Shown here piece by piece: positions 29,145 through 45,580 of a stretch of 64,000 nucleotides of DNA. Source of the DNA: Macrostomum lignano (taxonomy: Eukaryota); the NCBI GenBank assembly GCA_002269645.1, contig NIVC01002441.1:109404-173403 (forward strand), read 5' to 3'. How positions within the stretch are numbered: position 1 is the first letter of the stretch; each line of letters opens with the position of its first letter. The notes below the pieces were generated by a model that saw nothing but the letters and a program-made list of their open reading frames with translations, did not search any database and was not told where the DNA came from. The position numbers and the translations under genes were made by a program.

Positions 29145-30140
29145 AGCTTTCTGTTTCAATCTTGTCCATCAATCTGAATTTGATTTGATTTAAAAGCAAT
29201 CATTCAGCCGCAGAATTTTGCACCGCTAGACTGACGCTTCCTCTGTTTTTCTAGCCGCAACAGGTGGTTTGCTTTTCCTGATCATCTCTCAGCTCGAATT
29301 CGGCCGATTCCGACCTGCGGTTCAAAGCCTCTCTGGCCAACTTAATTTTGCTTCTTGTCTGCGTATCTTAGAGCTTGGTGGTAGAATTTCACCGAAATTA
29401 ATGCTAGGCAAGATTGCTCGTGCGCTCATGGTTTCAGAATTTCACAGCCTCGTGTTAGCGCCTTCTTCAATGGATGACAGGCAGGTACTCCTTGGGCTTG
29501 ATTAGTAACATTATCCAGCCACTTGATGCAATCGCAGTAACAAACGAAAGAGAATCAAATTGCAACAGAGAGATCTGAGAGCGCAGAAACCCTAAGGCGA
29601 GATAATTTGAATTTGACTCCCTGCTCACAACGCTTGTTTTTCGACTTAATCCTAATCTTCTCCCCATAGCTACGCGGAACGATTTTTATGCTAAAAAAAT
29701 CCTCAACCGGAGATAAGGCGACCAAACTCCGCCTCTCATCTCCGGTAGGCTTCTGCATGAGCTCTGGGCTTCTCTGGCGGTGTGGGATGAAGGCAAACGA
29801 AAGGCCCACTGTCACGTAAGTCTGTCGCCTAGTGGGCAAAGAAACGAAGAAGTGAGGATTAGGAATAGAATCAGCCCCTTAGCTGGAAGAAGAATCTACG
29901 CCCCCGATCGCTATTGGCTGATGGTTCAGTCTAGGATTGAACGAGCGGCAGGGTCTGCGGGATTTTGTTGGAAAGTGAAAATAAATTTGATGGCGATTCT
30001 ATAGGACCAGGCCAGACAGGCACAGAATAGCGCCCAGATAGGAAGTTACTTGTAACATGCAAACTATCGAGTTCGAAGTCTTGCAAACAACTATCTTGGC
30101 AACTCTACTACAGTAAGCTGAAACAAAGGCAGCAATTATC

Positions 30141-32207
30141 ATGGTACGCCGCAGGACCCTCTACAGACAAGGCCACCCGTGGCAGCGTACAATGCGTCAG
30201 CACAACATACTGTTTTTCCGGCGCATGTTCGCATTGTTCTCGAAGGCTTCATTGCACGGCGTGAATCGCGTTTGGGTCTCGGACACCTGCTGCCGGCCCA
30301 ACCAGATGGTCTGGATGTGCATATTGCTGATCGCAACTCTCGGCCTGTGCGTGCACATTTATAGCGAGGCCTACGAATATCAACAGTACCCCGTGTCAAG
30401 CAGCTCGCGAATGGAGCTCAATGGTTTTGTATTCCCTTCCGTGACATTCTGCAATCCTGAGAATCCAATCAAGACTCGTGAGGTAAATTTTAGCGAAATC
30501 GGTGGAGCGAATGACAAAATTCAGGTGCTCAGTGGAGTCTGGTACGACCCGAAGGTGCGACCGCTGTACCGGTATGAGCACTACATGAACTTCTCCAGAA
30601 TCGGTTCATTTCCACAGGACAGCATCATTTACTGTCGGTACAACAGGCGCACATGCTGGGCAGAAAACTTCACCATCACATTTGACAGGGCGTACGGCAA
30701 CTGCTTCACTTTCCAGCCAAACGAGCGCCACATTCGCCGTCCAGACATGGAATTTGGTCTCATTTTAATCCTCTACAACCCGGCCGCCGACATGGAGCTG
30801 GAGAAGGCGGGGAGAGTCGGCAAGATGGGCTACAAGATGCGGCCTCAGGAAATGGCATTTGACACAGAGAGCTTTCTAGTAAACTTCCATGCCAGCGGCA
30901 CGATTCCGCACCCATTGGAAAACTCCTACGCAGCTTCCATGGGCATGGTGACTACGCTGGCCCTGGAGCAGATGAACACGTCGCTAGTAAGCACGCCCAA
31001 CAGTCCATGCCAGAAGAGGCACCAAGTCCCCATGTATGACTCGCTGCTTCGCAGGGTTACCAATTACACCGATACTCTCTACGATTGTGCACGATGGCGC
31101 GACACTCTTAATATGCATCAGGCCTGCGGCTGTGTACCAGAGGGCCTTGTGCGACTCACCGACTTTCCAAACAAAAGCGCCATACCTTACTGCCACCTCG
31201 TTGTCAGGCCCGACGAAGTTGGTAACAAGACCGAGTTTATTAATTTCGTCAAGCCGAAACTGCTAGTCGACCAGCACAACGTCTCGTTGGAGGATATGCA
31301 AGCACTTTATCCTAAAGTCTATAATCGGTACCAATCTTTTGTTTGCTATCACAACACAGACTTGCACCCGGACCTAACCTGTCAGGACATGTGCCAGACT
31401 GAGTCCTACTCAGCCATCCTGTCGTCTGGCCGATGGCCGCATCCGTCTGACACAGACAGCGATGACTACATCAAGCAGGCCATCGAGATCTCCATACTTT
31501 TGCAGGACTACTTGAATGATCACGGCAACGAAAGCCTGCTAGCAAAGAGTCTGACACTGCGCAACCTGAGCCTGGCCTCCTGTCACACGGAGCTGACTCA
31601 TGTAGATATCGACACTCCCAATCGGCGCTCCACCCCCAAAATTCAAGCTGCGCTGAAAAATTGCCGCAAAGTGCACGCATTTGTCAGCAAGCACTTTCTT
31701 CTAATAAAGGTCTACCCACAGACGCTGACGGTGAAGTTCCTGACGGTAGAGCGCAGCTTCATGATGCCGCAGCTGCTCTCCCGCATTGGTGGATCTCTCG
31801 GTCTATGGATTGGCACCTCTCTGATTACGTTTTTCGAATGCTTAGAGATCATTCTTACGCTAGTAAATTACTTAGTGGCCAAGATTCTCCACGTGGCGCT
31901 CTACCATCGGGACAAAAACCAGCCCAGATGTGCCGGCAGCTGCCCGTACGCTGGCCGTCAAGCTCAGCTGCGAAACGGCAGATCAGCAATCGGAGCAGAA
32001 GCAGAAACAGAAGCAGCAGATGAAGTCACTGATTCGGCCTCCTTCGCTAACGCTACGGCATCGGGTTCGTCTGGTACCGCAGGCATCGAGGCTACTGCCG
32101 GGTCATATCGCCGAGTTAAGGAAGACGATGGCTCGGCTCAGGACTCGGACAGCGACTGCGTGACGGAAGCTTTCCTAGACAATCTCTACCGAGAGTCGCA
32201 CGTCTGA
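30141..32207 (+). CDS. DEG/ENaC/ASIC-superfamily ion channel subunit (FaNaC-like), single coding exon, 688 aa
   Basis: Pre-TM1 HG motif (ASLHGV), TM1, FPSVTFCN, YGNCFTF, Cys-rich thumb, and TM2 LLSRIGGSLGLWIGTSLITFFE with a GxS-type filter. Uninterrupted 2067-nt ORF. Confidence 0.95.
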   Translation: MVRRRTLYRQGHPWQRTMRQHNILFFRRMFALFSKASLHGVNRVWVSDTCCRPNQMVWMCILLIATLGLCVHIYSEAYEYQQYPVSSSSRMELNGFVFPSVTFCNPENPIKTREVNFSEIGGANDKIQVLSGVWYDPKVRPLYRYEHYMNFSRIGSFPQDSIIYCRYNRRTCWAENFTITFDRAYGNCFTFQPNERHIRRPDMEFGLILILYNPAADMELEKAGRVGKMGYKMRPQEMAFDTESFLVNFHASGTIPHPLENSYAASMGMVTTLALEQMNTSLVSTPNSPCQKRHQVPMYDSLLRRVTNYTDTLYDCARWRDTLNMHQACGCVPEGLVRLTDFPNKSAIPYCHLVVRPDEVGNKTEFINFVKPKLLVDQHNVSLEDMQALYPKVYNRYQSFVCYHNTDLHPDLTCQDMCQTESYSAILSSGRWPHPSDTDSDDYIKQAIEISILLQDYLNDHGNESLLAKSLTLRNLSLASCHTELTHVDIDTPNRRSTPKIQAALKNCRKVHAFVSKHFLLIKVYPQTLTVKFLTVERSFMMPQLLSRIGGSLGLWIGTSLITFFECLEIILTLVNYLVAKILHVALYHRDKNQPRCAGSCPYAGRQAQLRNGRSAIGAEAETEAADEVTDSASFANATASGSSGTAGIEATAGSYRRVKEDDGSAQDSDSDCVTEAFLDNLYRESHV

Positions 32208-32877
32208 TTACTGGATTATGAACAGTTCAAATACTACTCCGCTTCCCAGTTTTTATGTGTCGTCTACTTTCGACTTCTGCAGAAAGAAGTGCAGTTTGGT
32301 ATTCGGTAATCTTACTCTTACTGGTCAAAGGGTGATGCTTGCATATTGTAAATTTTAACTAATTTTATCAGATACCAGTATTTTTGTACAGGCAGACATC
32401 GCGCCTTTTCGACCCAAACCGTAGCCGCGTGTCAGTTGCTTCTGCTGCCCGACTCCATTGTTCAAAGATAAATTGCCAGGCCTCTATTACGCTTGTGAAA
32501 TCGAGTAGTGCATGGACACCTCATAACCTGCGCAGTTTCACGAAGGTTGTGCCTAATGGGGCATCGTAAAATTTATTATTTTTTGCAGAGGAGATAATGT
32601 TATTTATTCATTTTACTTGCTTATGGCTATTCCCCGTGCGTTAAAAGTACCTCAAAGCTTCACCGGAGATAGACTACGAGTATGCTTATTGGATTTTGCT
32701 TGTCACAATGGAAAATTGACAAAAAAATATTAGCCTATTAACATTGCATGTAAATCTGGTTTTTATAATAATTTTCCTACATCTAACCAAACGCTGAAAT
32801 GGTTGGCACCAGAAATGGACTAAAAGAGTAATTCTTATTAGGAAAAAGAATTAAACCTGGTGACAGGTGACAGAAGA

Positions 32878-33004
32878 GAGCTGAGAAGAGACACAAACCT
32901 TGAGCGGGCCGGATTGCTATTGTGAATTTCAAAGGACCCGAGGGCCGGTTAGAGAGGCTTTGCGGGCCGCATGTGGCCCACAGGCCGGAGTTGGCCGACC
33001 CCAG
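32878..33004 (+). mobile_element. Partial (right-end) copy of the same hAT MITE family
   Basis: GAGCTGAGAAGAGAC(A/G)CAAACCTTGAGCGG...GAGGGCCGG...AGGCTTTGCGGGC(C/T)GCATGTGG...GCCGACCCC is shared with 25907-26004. Left TIR not found. Confidence 0.6.
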
Positions 33005-34342
33005 CCGTAGAGGCACAGAGATGGCCGGACAGATACGCAATATTTTAGTCTGCTATTTTGTTCCGTCCGTCAAAACTCCGATGCAACTACGAGAATCCCG
33101 CGGGGAGCCAGTAAAGACGGCAAGTACCTTCCTACAGCGTTCCGGTGTCAGCCATCTAGCCCCCCCCCCGTCAAGGCAGAACCGGAGCGCAACTCAATGT
33201 GAAGGAAATTCCTCATAATGCCTCAGACCCTCATCCGTCACTAAAACCCGAGGATCTGCTGCCGAGGGAACATCGCGCGTAGAACTTTCCGAAGGAAATG
33301 GGACATCGGGGACTGAAAAATAGCGATAATGTCTTGTTTGCGTGTCAGAAATCCCTGCCTCATGTCCGGCATCTCAGCTGAGCGATTTCTCATTGCCTCA
33401 CGTGTAGAACTCTGCCTGGGACTGTGGGCCAACTCAACCGTGCCCCGTGAGTAAATCTGACTGTGCTCAGCTGGCTTGCATTGCCGACATTGGAGACAGA
33501 CACACTGAGGACCTGGAAATTTGATGCGTTCCTTTTTAACCAGAGGCGCTCAACGGCTGCTTCGACTTAATCAGACTCTTCGGGGGCAGGGGGAGGGGCG
33601 CAGGCGGCTGTACACGCTTCGCAGCCTTCTACTCGGCTTCTGTAGCAGCCCGCCCCGCCGCCTCATCGGGTTTTCAGCTGTCTTTGCTGCGTCTTTTGGA
33701 GAGGAAAAGACTTATAAGAAGAAAAGAATCTTGCAAGAGAGGGATGATCAAGTACACGCTCGTAGAAGGGGAGGCAATTCAGGGAGGCGAGTTGCGCGAA
33801 ATTGCAGGAGCCGCACTTCTTCTCCAGCCGGCTGGCAGTCCGCAGATTAAACGGGAATTAGAGAAATAGAAAAGAAAATATGAAAGACAAATTGGTCGTG
33901 CTGCTCGCGGGGGCAGATTTATGAGAACTTCGACTGTACGGTGCAAAACCTTTCTGAATTCCTGGCTCAAGCCTGTCCAGCTGATAAATCTTGCTTGCTA
34001 CGCCACTTCACTCGCTTAAGAGGGGGTATTGAAACAGTTTTAGATTGGGATTTTATGATTGAGAAAGGGTGGGATCAGTTCAGCAGTGAGTTTGTTTTGT
34101 GTTAGCCTGCTCAGCTCAGGTCACCGGTAGGCTGAGCAGGCTGTCCAGACCCTAGAGAGGGCGAGACAAATTTAATATTTATCATATTGAGGCGCTGTGG
34201 AAGAAAAAATAAAATTTATCAATTAATTGCACCCAGACTGGGCCCAGGAGGGGACTGCGGCAAACTGTGCGTCCTCTCGTATAGAAGCCAGTGCAGTAAG
34301 TCTATAGAGCGCACTTACTACTAATGAGATTCTGGGTACGTA

Positions 34343-34584
34343 CGGGTCCATGAAAAATGCCCGCAGACGAATTGCCCGCCGAGATTTGCCCGCGAGTGAA
34401 TTGGCAAACCTCGGCGGGAAGAAACTCCGCGGGCAATCCACTCGCGGGAAAATTGCACTGCGGGAAAATCTCGGCGGGAAAAGCTCGGCGGGCAAATCTC
34501 CACGGGCAAATTGCACTGCGGGCAAAATGCACTGCGGGCAATTCTCGGCGGGCAATTCGTCTGCGGGCATTTCTCGTGCTCCCG
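34343..34584. mobile_element. About 240-bp MITE of the TTTCCCGC/TTGCCCGC family
   Basis: Imperfect long TIRs CGGG(TCCATGAAA/AGCACGAGA)AATGCCCGCAGACGAATTGCCCGCCGAGA. The right end matches the left end of the element at 104. No clean TSD. Confidence 0.65.
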
Positions 34585-36734
34585 ATACTCCTGACTATAC
34601 TCCTGAATGGTCAATATATGTTGCTCGTAGAACCATTTACAATAAACCAACGAAGAAACCTTGTGCGATGCTTGTGCAAGAAAACTACCAGATGCCTTGT
34701 TCGCCTTGGGTTCGACAGAAAAGCAAAACTTTAACATATTATGGAGCGCCTATCGAACCTAGAATTAAATTTATGATGCTTTCCAATGCAGGAAACCAAA
34801 CTCATACGTTCATGTAAGCTACGAGCGTAACTTATTTAAATGTACGACTTCTCGGTTCCACGAAGTTTTCTTGCACTTTGAATATTATCGAAGCTCTGAC
34901 AGCAGGCAAGCAGACTTCTAATCTGCACATCTGTACATCTGCGTATCAGCGGCAGTCGCTCGGCAGACGAAGGCAGGACAGAGCAGCAGCGAAATGACTG
35001 ACGCCAGATGCGGCGTAAACATGTCAGTCAACTGTAGCCGCCATCGCTCACTCTTCAGACTCTGTCAAAAGCATTAGACAGACAAGCAAAAATGCTTTTT
35101 CCTGATGATGTCAATACACTTTCACTGGTGCTGAATGTAAACCGAAGAAATTTAGAGGACCTGTTAAAAGTGCAAAAAATTCGCCGTGCAGTCTAACGGC
35201 GATTTAGCCTGAGAGACAATTCGGCCCTAACAGAAGGACTGGGAAGGCAATCAGAAGCTTAACAAAACAGGTAGGCCCAGTTTTCATCTTTCATCTATCG
35301 CCCAGAAGTAGCAAGCTGCAGTGCAGCACAGCCCGGCAAAATCTTATTAGCTCCGAGCCTCTTCAAAAACGTGTGCACTTCGAGCGATAAGCTCAAAATA
35401 ATGACCCACCTCACCTGAAACGGACAAAGAGGCGTACGAGCAATAGGACTCACTGCCCGAGCGCCTTAGTAACCAAAAATGCACTTTTAGGCTGGAGTGG
35501 CCGATAGCCTGCAGCAATTATCTATCCCAGTTTTATCACAGAAAATAATACTCAAAAACACGTGACTACGAGCGTCGTAAGCAAATTGTAAGCAACGGCA
35601 AAACTCAATTATTGTTGCTGGGGCTGGTCCCGATTAGCAAGACCCGACAGTCCTGGCTTGTACTCGGAGGCAGGCACATCATTATAACTTCTTCTTTCCG
35701 TCTCCTTCCATTCGCCACCTGCCGCTGTGCGTCCGAATATTTTATCGAGTTTTCGATCTTCCCCTATTTTTTTATTGTCAGGCCTTATTGTCCGAGCTTT
35801 TTTCTGCTATTATCGTGAAGAAAGCTTTTGTTGATTTACGAGATGCACTGTCAAACCCGTTAGGTGATTTCAGGGGCTTTGAGCGACAAGAATTTTGCGC
35901 ATGTCCTCCCGTGTTTGCTCCCTTCCACTTCCGCTGCAGATGTTCCCTATAGAGCCGGAGCTCCTCTCCCCTATCTCTCTCACCTTGCAGCTCTTTTTTC
36001 GTTCTCCATTTCTCGCTTTATTTTGAACTCATTGCGTTTTTTATGGAACTTTAAGGCGCAGCTGCAGAGCTTCAGACGATGCAGAATTAGCCTCAGGCTC
36101 TGGACAAAGTGGAATGGGAGCTAGTGTCACACTAGGCTGTTTGAGAGTGGAAACCAGGCTAATTTAGACTTTGGTCTCCCTCTGAAGATCTTAGAGTTTA
36201 TTACGAACTCTTGCGAGGGCGCCCATCGCCCTAAGATTAAGGGATTGCCGACTAGGCAGATATAATGCAGTTAGCGGCCACTTCCCCTCGCTTCTTCCTC
36301 ATTCTATATCGCTTCTCTTCCGTCTCAAAGCAGACATTTTGTTGTTCCTAGTTTACGTCGAGTTGTGTTTTTACTCCGTGTTTACATCGGAACGTCAGAG
36401 GGCGAATTTTCTGCAGGGATTCTGCCATGCACTGCGTTACTACTTTGGTGTACTTTAAAGTAAAGAAAACCTTGGACAGCCATTTTCTGATACGGGCAAT
36501 CTGTGCATCGATTGAGCGGCGCTAAGCGACTGAAAATTTCTAATCTAAAGAGGAGTCCCGTCGAAAATCGATGCATAAATCTGCCTCAGGAGTGGCACTT
36601 CTTCAGCTGTCATTCTCCTTGACCCAGACAGTAATTCAAGAAGTCTCTTCGACCCGGGGCTGTAGGGACTTCATGAATATTTTACTGGCAAGCTGGAAAA
36701 GTTGGGGGGCTGAGAAAGTCGGGTTCGAATCTAA

Positions 36735-36905
36735 TAGCGAAGGTACTCTGATGAGCTCGCTTGAGGTGATGTGGTGGTTGGATCTAGCGAAGGTACTCTG
36801 ATGAGCTCGCTTGAGGTGATGTGGTGGTTGGATCTAGCGAAGGTACTCTGATGAGCTCGCTTGAGGTGATGTGGTGGTTGGATCTAGCGAAGGTACTCTA
36901 ATGAG
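36735..36905 (+). repeat. 50-bp tandem repeat, about 3.3 copies
   Basis: GATCTAGCGAAGGTACTCTGATGAGCTCGCTTGAGGTGATGTGGTGGTTG at 36781 and 36831, plus partial flanking copies. Confidence 0.9.
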
Positions 36906-37487
36906 AAAATTGAGTCTATTTTATTTAAAGAACTCGTTGGTTGAGCAGAGCGTGCTAAATTCTAAAGAAATGCCGTCGGAAGTTGCAGACTATTTAATCT
37001 GCTATACTCCAACGCTGCCAGCAAAGTCATCGATAAAAATTTCTTTCGCGATAAAGCAACCACTTTATCGCAAAGCGCAAGCGACTAATTAGTAAAAACT
37101 TCACGTCTCACAAAATAATTGCTCAAGTTTTTAATATGAATAGAAACGCTTTTATGCCCACAAAGCCTTAATGAGCTCGCCAACAGATGAAGTACTGGGA
37201 GGAGTCACTGAGCCATGAGGGCCCTCGACCATCTCCTGAAGGAAGCCTGAGGCGTGCCCAGTTTTAATTTATATAATGTCACTCTCGAGTGGCTTGACGC
37301 ATAAAAATTAACTTGAAAGTCTGATTTCGATCTCTTTTTATCGATTTCTTGGCTTCGCTAAGTTCAGAGTAAAATGAAAACTAAGATAAAGTTTGATTGG
37401 CTTGAATAGTGCATTATAGTATCGTCTGGTGTTGCCAAGTAGGACAGGGATCTTAAATTCGGAGTCCTCGTTGCTTTAACAACATTA

Positions 37488-38948
37488 GGCTGCTACTCCA
37501 CTCCCAATAGGCTCTTCGGTGGGCTGCTACTCCACTCCCACCAGGTTCTTCAGTGGGCTGCTACTCCACTCTCACTAGGCTATTCGGTGGGTGCTACTCC
37601 ACTCCCAATACGCTCTTCGGTGGGCTGCTACTCCACTCCCACCAGGTTCTTCAGTGGGTGCTACTCCACTCCCAATACGCTCTTCAGTGGGCTGCTACTC
37701 CACTCCCACCAGGTTCTTCAGTGGGCTGCTACTCCACTCCCACCAGGTTCTTCAGTGGGCTGCTACTCCACTCCCACCAGGTTCTTCAGTGGGTGCTACT
37801 CCACTCCCAATACGCTCTTCAGTGGGCTGCTACTCCACTCCCACCAGGTTCTTCAGTGGGCTGCTACTCCACTCCCAATACGCTCTTCAGTGGGCTGCTA
37901 CTCCACTCCCACCAGGTTCTTCAGTGGGTGCTACTCCACTCCCAATACGCTCTTCAGTGGGCTGCTACTCCACTCCCAATACGCTCTTCGGTGGGCTGAT
38001 ACTCCACTCTCGCAATACGCTCTTCAGTGGGCTGCTACTCCACTCCCACCAGGTTCTTCAGTGGGTGCTACTCCACTCCCACTAGACTCTTCAGTGCGCT
38101 GCTACTCCACTCCCACCAGGTTCTTCAGTGGGCTGCTACTCCACTCCCAATACGCTCTTCGGTGGGCTGCTACTCCACTCCCAATACGCTCTTCGGTGGG
38201 CTGCTACTCCACTCCCAATACGCTCTTCGGTGGGCTGCTACTCCACTCCCAATACGCTCTTCGGTGGGCTGCTACTCCACTCCCAATACGCTCTTCGGTG
38301 GGCTGCTACTCCACTCCCAATACGCTTTTCAGTGGGCTGCTACTCCACTCCCAATACGCTCTTCAGTGGGCTGCTACTCCACTCCCACCAGGTTCTTCAG
38401 TGGGCTGCTACTCCACTCCCAATACGCTCTTCGGTGGGCTGCTACTCCACTCCCAATACGCTCTTCGGTGGGCTGCTACTCCACTCCCACCAGGTTCTTC
38501 AGTGGGCTGCTACTCCATTCCCAATACGCTTTTTAGTGGCTGCTACTCCACTCCCAATACGCTCTTCAGTGCGCTGCTACTCCACTCCCACCAGGTTCTT
38601 CAGTGGGTGCTACTCCACTCCCACTAGGCTCTTCAGTGCGCTGCTACTCCACTCCCACCAGTTTCTTCAGTGGGCTGCTACTCCACTCCCACTAGGCTCT
38701 TCAGTGCGCTGCTACTCCACTCCCACCAGGTTCTTCAGTGGGTGCTACTCCACTCCCAATACGCTCTTCAGTGCGCTGCTACTCCACTCCCACCAGGTTC
38801 TTCAGTGGGTGCTACTCCACTCCCACTAGGCTCTTCGGTGGGCTGCTACTCCACTCCCAATAGGCTCTTCGGTGGGCTGCTACTCCACTCCCAATACGCT
38901 ATTCAGTGGGCTGCTACTCCACTCCCACTAGGCTATTCAAAGGGCTGC
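37488..38948 (+). repeat. 34-bp minisatellite, about 43 copies, with three internal variant cassettes
   Basis: GGGCTGCTACTCCACTCCC-[AATACGCTC/ACCAGGTTC/ACTAGGCTC]-TTC(A/G)GT. Confidence 0.93.
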
Positions 38949-39658
38949 CACCCGCCGTTGAAGTTGCTTCACATTCTACACTAGAAGATGCGCTTACAGC
39001 GTTACTTTTAGTAAGATATTTCTCTAATCGATCACATACCTAGATAGATATCGACAGACCATTTTTAGTTTTTGCACTTGAATAGCCAAATATTTTTACC
39101 CAATGTAAGGTCGATAGGACGAGAATAAAATGGCTCTCTAGGTGGAAATACTTTGACTGTGTTTACAAAACGGACTCCAGTCTGCTGCAGTTATAAGCGC
39201 CAGTCTTTGCTTTGGTTGCTATGGGCAACCCTGAACACGGGAGGAAGTGCAATTTCCGAGAGGGCCACCTATTCTGCGGCAGGCAGCTGTGTGTGCTCAG
39301 CTAGGGTGGGGAGGCCAGAGCACAGAAATTAATTTCTCCCCTTTGGGATCTGATGAGTGAGCTGTGCAGAATGGCTTTGAGTACACAATAGGGCAAGGCG
39401 AGTCTCTGCCTGGAATTAGGTCTCGTGAGCCACTGGCTGGGGTCGCTGTTGCCGTTGCCAGGGGCAGCAGCCAGGTGGAGAAAAACTAGTCATTGGTTGC
39501 ATTGCAGAGGTGGGGGTGGCAGAAATGAGTTAAAAAACTCCATACGTCGACTTTGATGCCCTCTTAAAATCTCGGTGCCATCGCTGAACTCCCAGTAATT
39601 ACTACATAGAACGCGGCACTGGGATTTTCCCACCCTAGTCCTGAAGACAGGCACAGTT

Positions 39659-43942
<4,284 letters not shown>

Positions 43943-44036
43943 GGAGCTCCGACTGTGATAGATGATAAGAGGTCAAACTTGAGATCTCAACTTGAATTGT
44001 AGTTGTGGCATCACAGATGTGGGTTCTCGGACTGCA

Positions 44037-45580
44037 GGGATCTCAGATTGGGATATCAGGATTGGGATCTCAGGATTGGGATATCAGGATTGGTGTATCA
44101 GGATTGGGATATCAGGATTGGTGTATCAGGATTGGGATATCAGGATTGGGATCTCAGGATTGGGGTATTAGGATTGGGATATCAGGATTGGGGTATCAGG
44201 ATTGGGATATCAGGATTGGTGTATCAGGATTGGGATATCAGGATCGGGGTATCAGGATTGGGATCTCAGGATTGGGATATCAGGATTGGGATCTCAGGAT
44301 TGGGGTATCAGGATTGGGGTATCAGGATTGGGGTATCAGGATTGAGATATCAGGATTTGAATATCAGCATTGGGAGATCAGCATTCGGGTATCAGGATTG
44401 GGAGATTAGGATTGGGGTATCAGGATTGAGGTATCAGGATTGGGGTACCAGGATTGGGGTATCAGGATTGGGGTATCAGGATTGGGATATCAGGATTGAG
44501 GTATCAGGATTGGGGTATCAGGATTGGGGTATCAGGATTGGGATCTTAGGATTGGGATATCAGGATTGGGATATCCGGATTGAGGTATCAGGATTGGGGT
44601 ATCAGGAATGGGAGATTAGGATTGGGGTATCAGGATTGAGGTATCAGGATTGGGGTATCAGGATTGGGGTATCAGGATTGGGGTATCAGGATTGGGATCT
44701 TAGGATTGGGATATCAGGATTGGGATATCAGGATTGAGGTATCAGGATTGGGGTATCAGGATTGGGATCTTAGGATTGGGATATCAGGATTGGGGTATCA
44801 GGATTGGGGTATCAGCATTGGGATATCAGCATTGGGGTATCAGGATTGGGAGATTAGGATTGGGGTATCAGGATTGAGGTATCAGGATTGGGGTATCAGG
44901 ATTGGGGTATCAGGATTGGGGTATCAGATTTGGGATCTTAGGATTGGGATATCAGGATTGGGATATCAGGATTGAGGTATCAGGATTGGGGTATCAGGAT
45001 TGGGATCTTAGGATTGGAATATCAGGATTGGGATATCCGGATTGAGGTATCAGGATTGGGGTATCACGATTGAGATATCAGGATTTGGATATCAGCATTG
45101 GGATATCAGCATTGGGGTATCAGGATTGGGGTATCAGGATTGGGGTATCAGGATTGAGGTATCAGGATTGGGGTATCAGCATTGGGATATCAGCATTGGG
45201 ATATCAGCATTGGGGTATCAGGATTGGGGTATCAGCATTGGGGTATCAGGATTGGGGTATCAGCATTGGGGTATCAGCATTAGGATATCAGCAGTGGGGT
45301 ATCAGCATTGGGGTATCAACATTGGGGTATCAGCATTGGGGTATCAGCATTGGGGTATCAGCATTGGGGTATCAGCATTGGGATATCAGGATTGAGGTAT
45401 CAGGATTGGGGTATCAGCATTGAGATATCAGCATTGGGGTATCAGCATTGGGGTATCAGCATTGGGGTATCAGCATTGGGATATCAGGATTGAGGTATCA
45501 GGATTAGGAGATTAGGATTGGGGTATCAGCATTGGGGTATCAGGATTGGGATATCAGGATTTGGATATCAGGATTGGGAT
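44037..45580 (+). repeat. 14-bp (2x7) minisatellite, about 1.5 kb
   Basis: GGATTGG-G(A/G)TATCA units, drifting to GCATTGGGGTATCA distally. It explains the GYQDWGIRI ORFs. Confidence 0.95.

Noticed and set aside
36745-36900. Possible tandem hammerhead ribozyme (CTGATGAG...CGAA in a 50-bp repeat)
   Set aside because: The core reads CGAAG rather than GAAA, stem II is at most 3 bp, and there is no room for stems I and III.
37488-38948. CRISPR-like appearance (constant repeat alternating with a variable segment)
   Set aside because: The variable part is only 9 bp and is drawn from three recurring types rather than unique spacers. There are no cas genes and the context is eukaryotic, so it is a minisatellite.
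39350-39400. CTGATGAG hammerhead-core motif
   Set aside because: There is no downstream GAAA after a closable stem II.
44003-45493. GYQDWGIRI-repeat ORFs, and repeat ORFs at 52-717, 8693-9531, 24945-25337, 37553-38984 and 49096-49848
   Set aside because: They are stop-free frames of minisatellites or MITE sub-repeats. Several overlapping frames are open and there is no splice or codon evidence.
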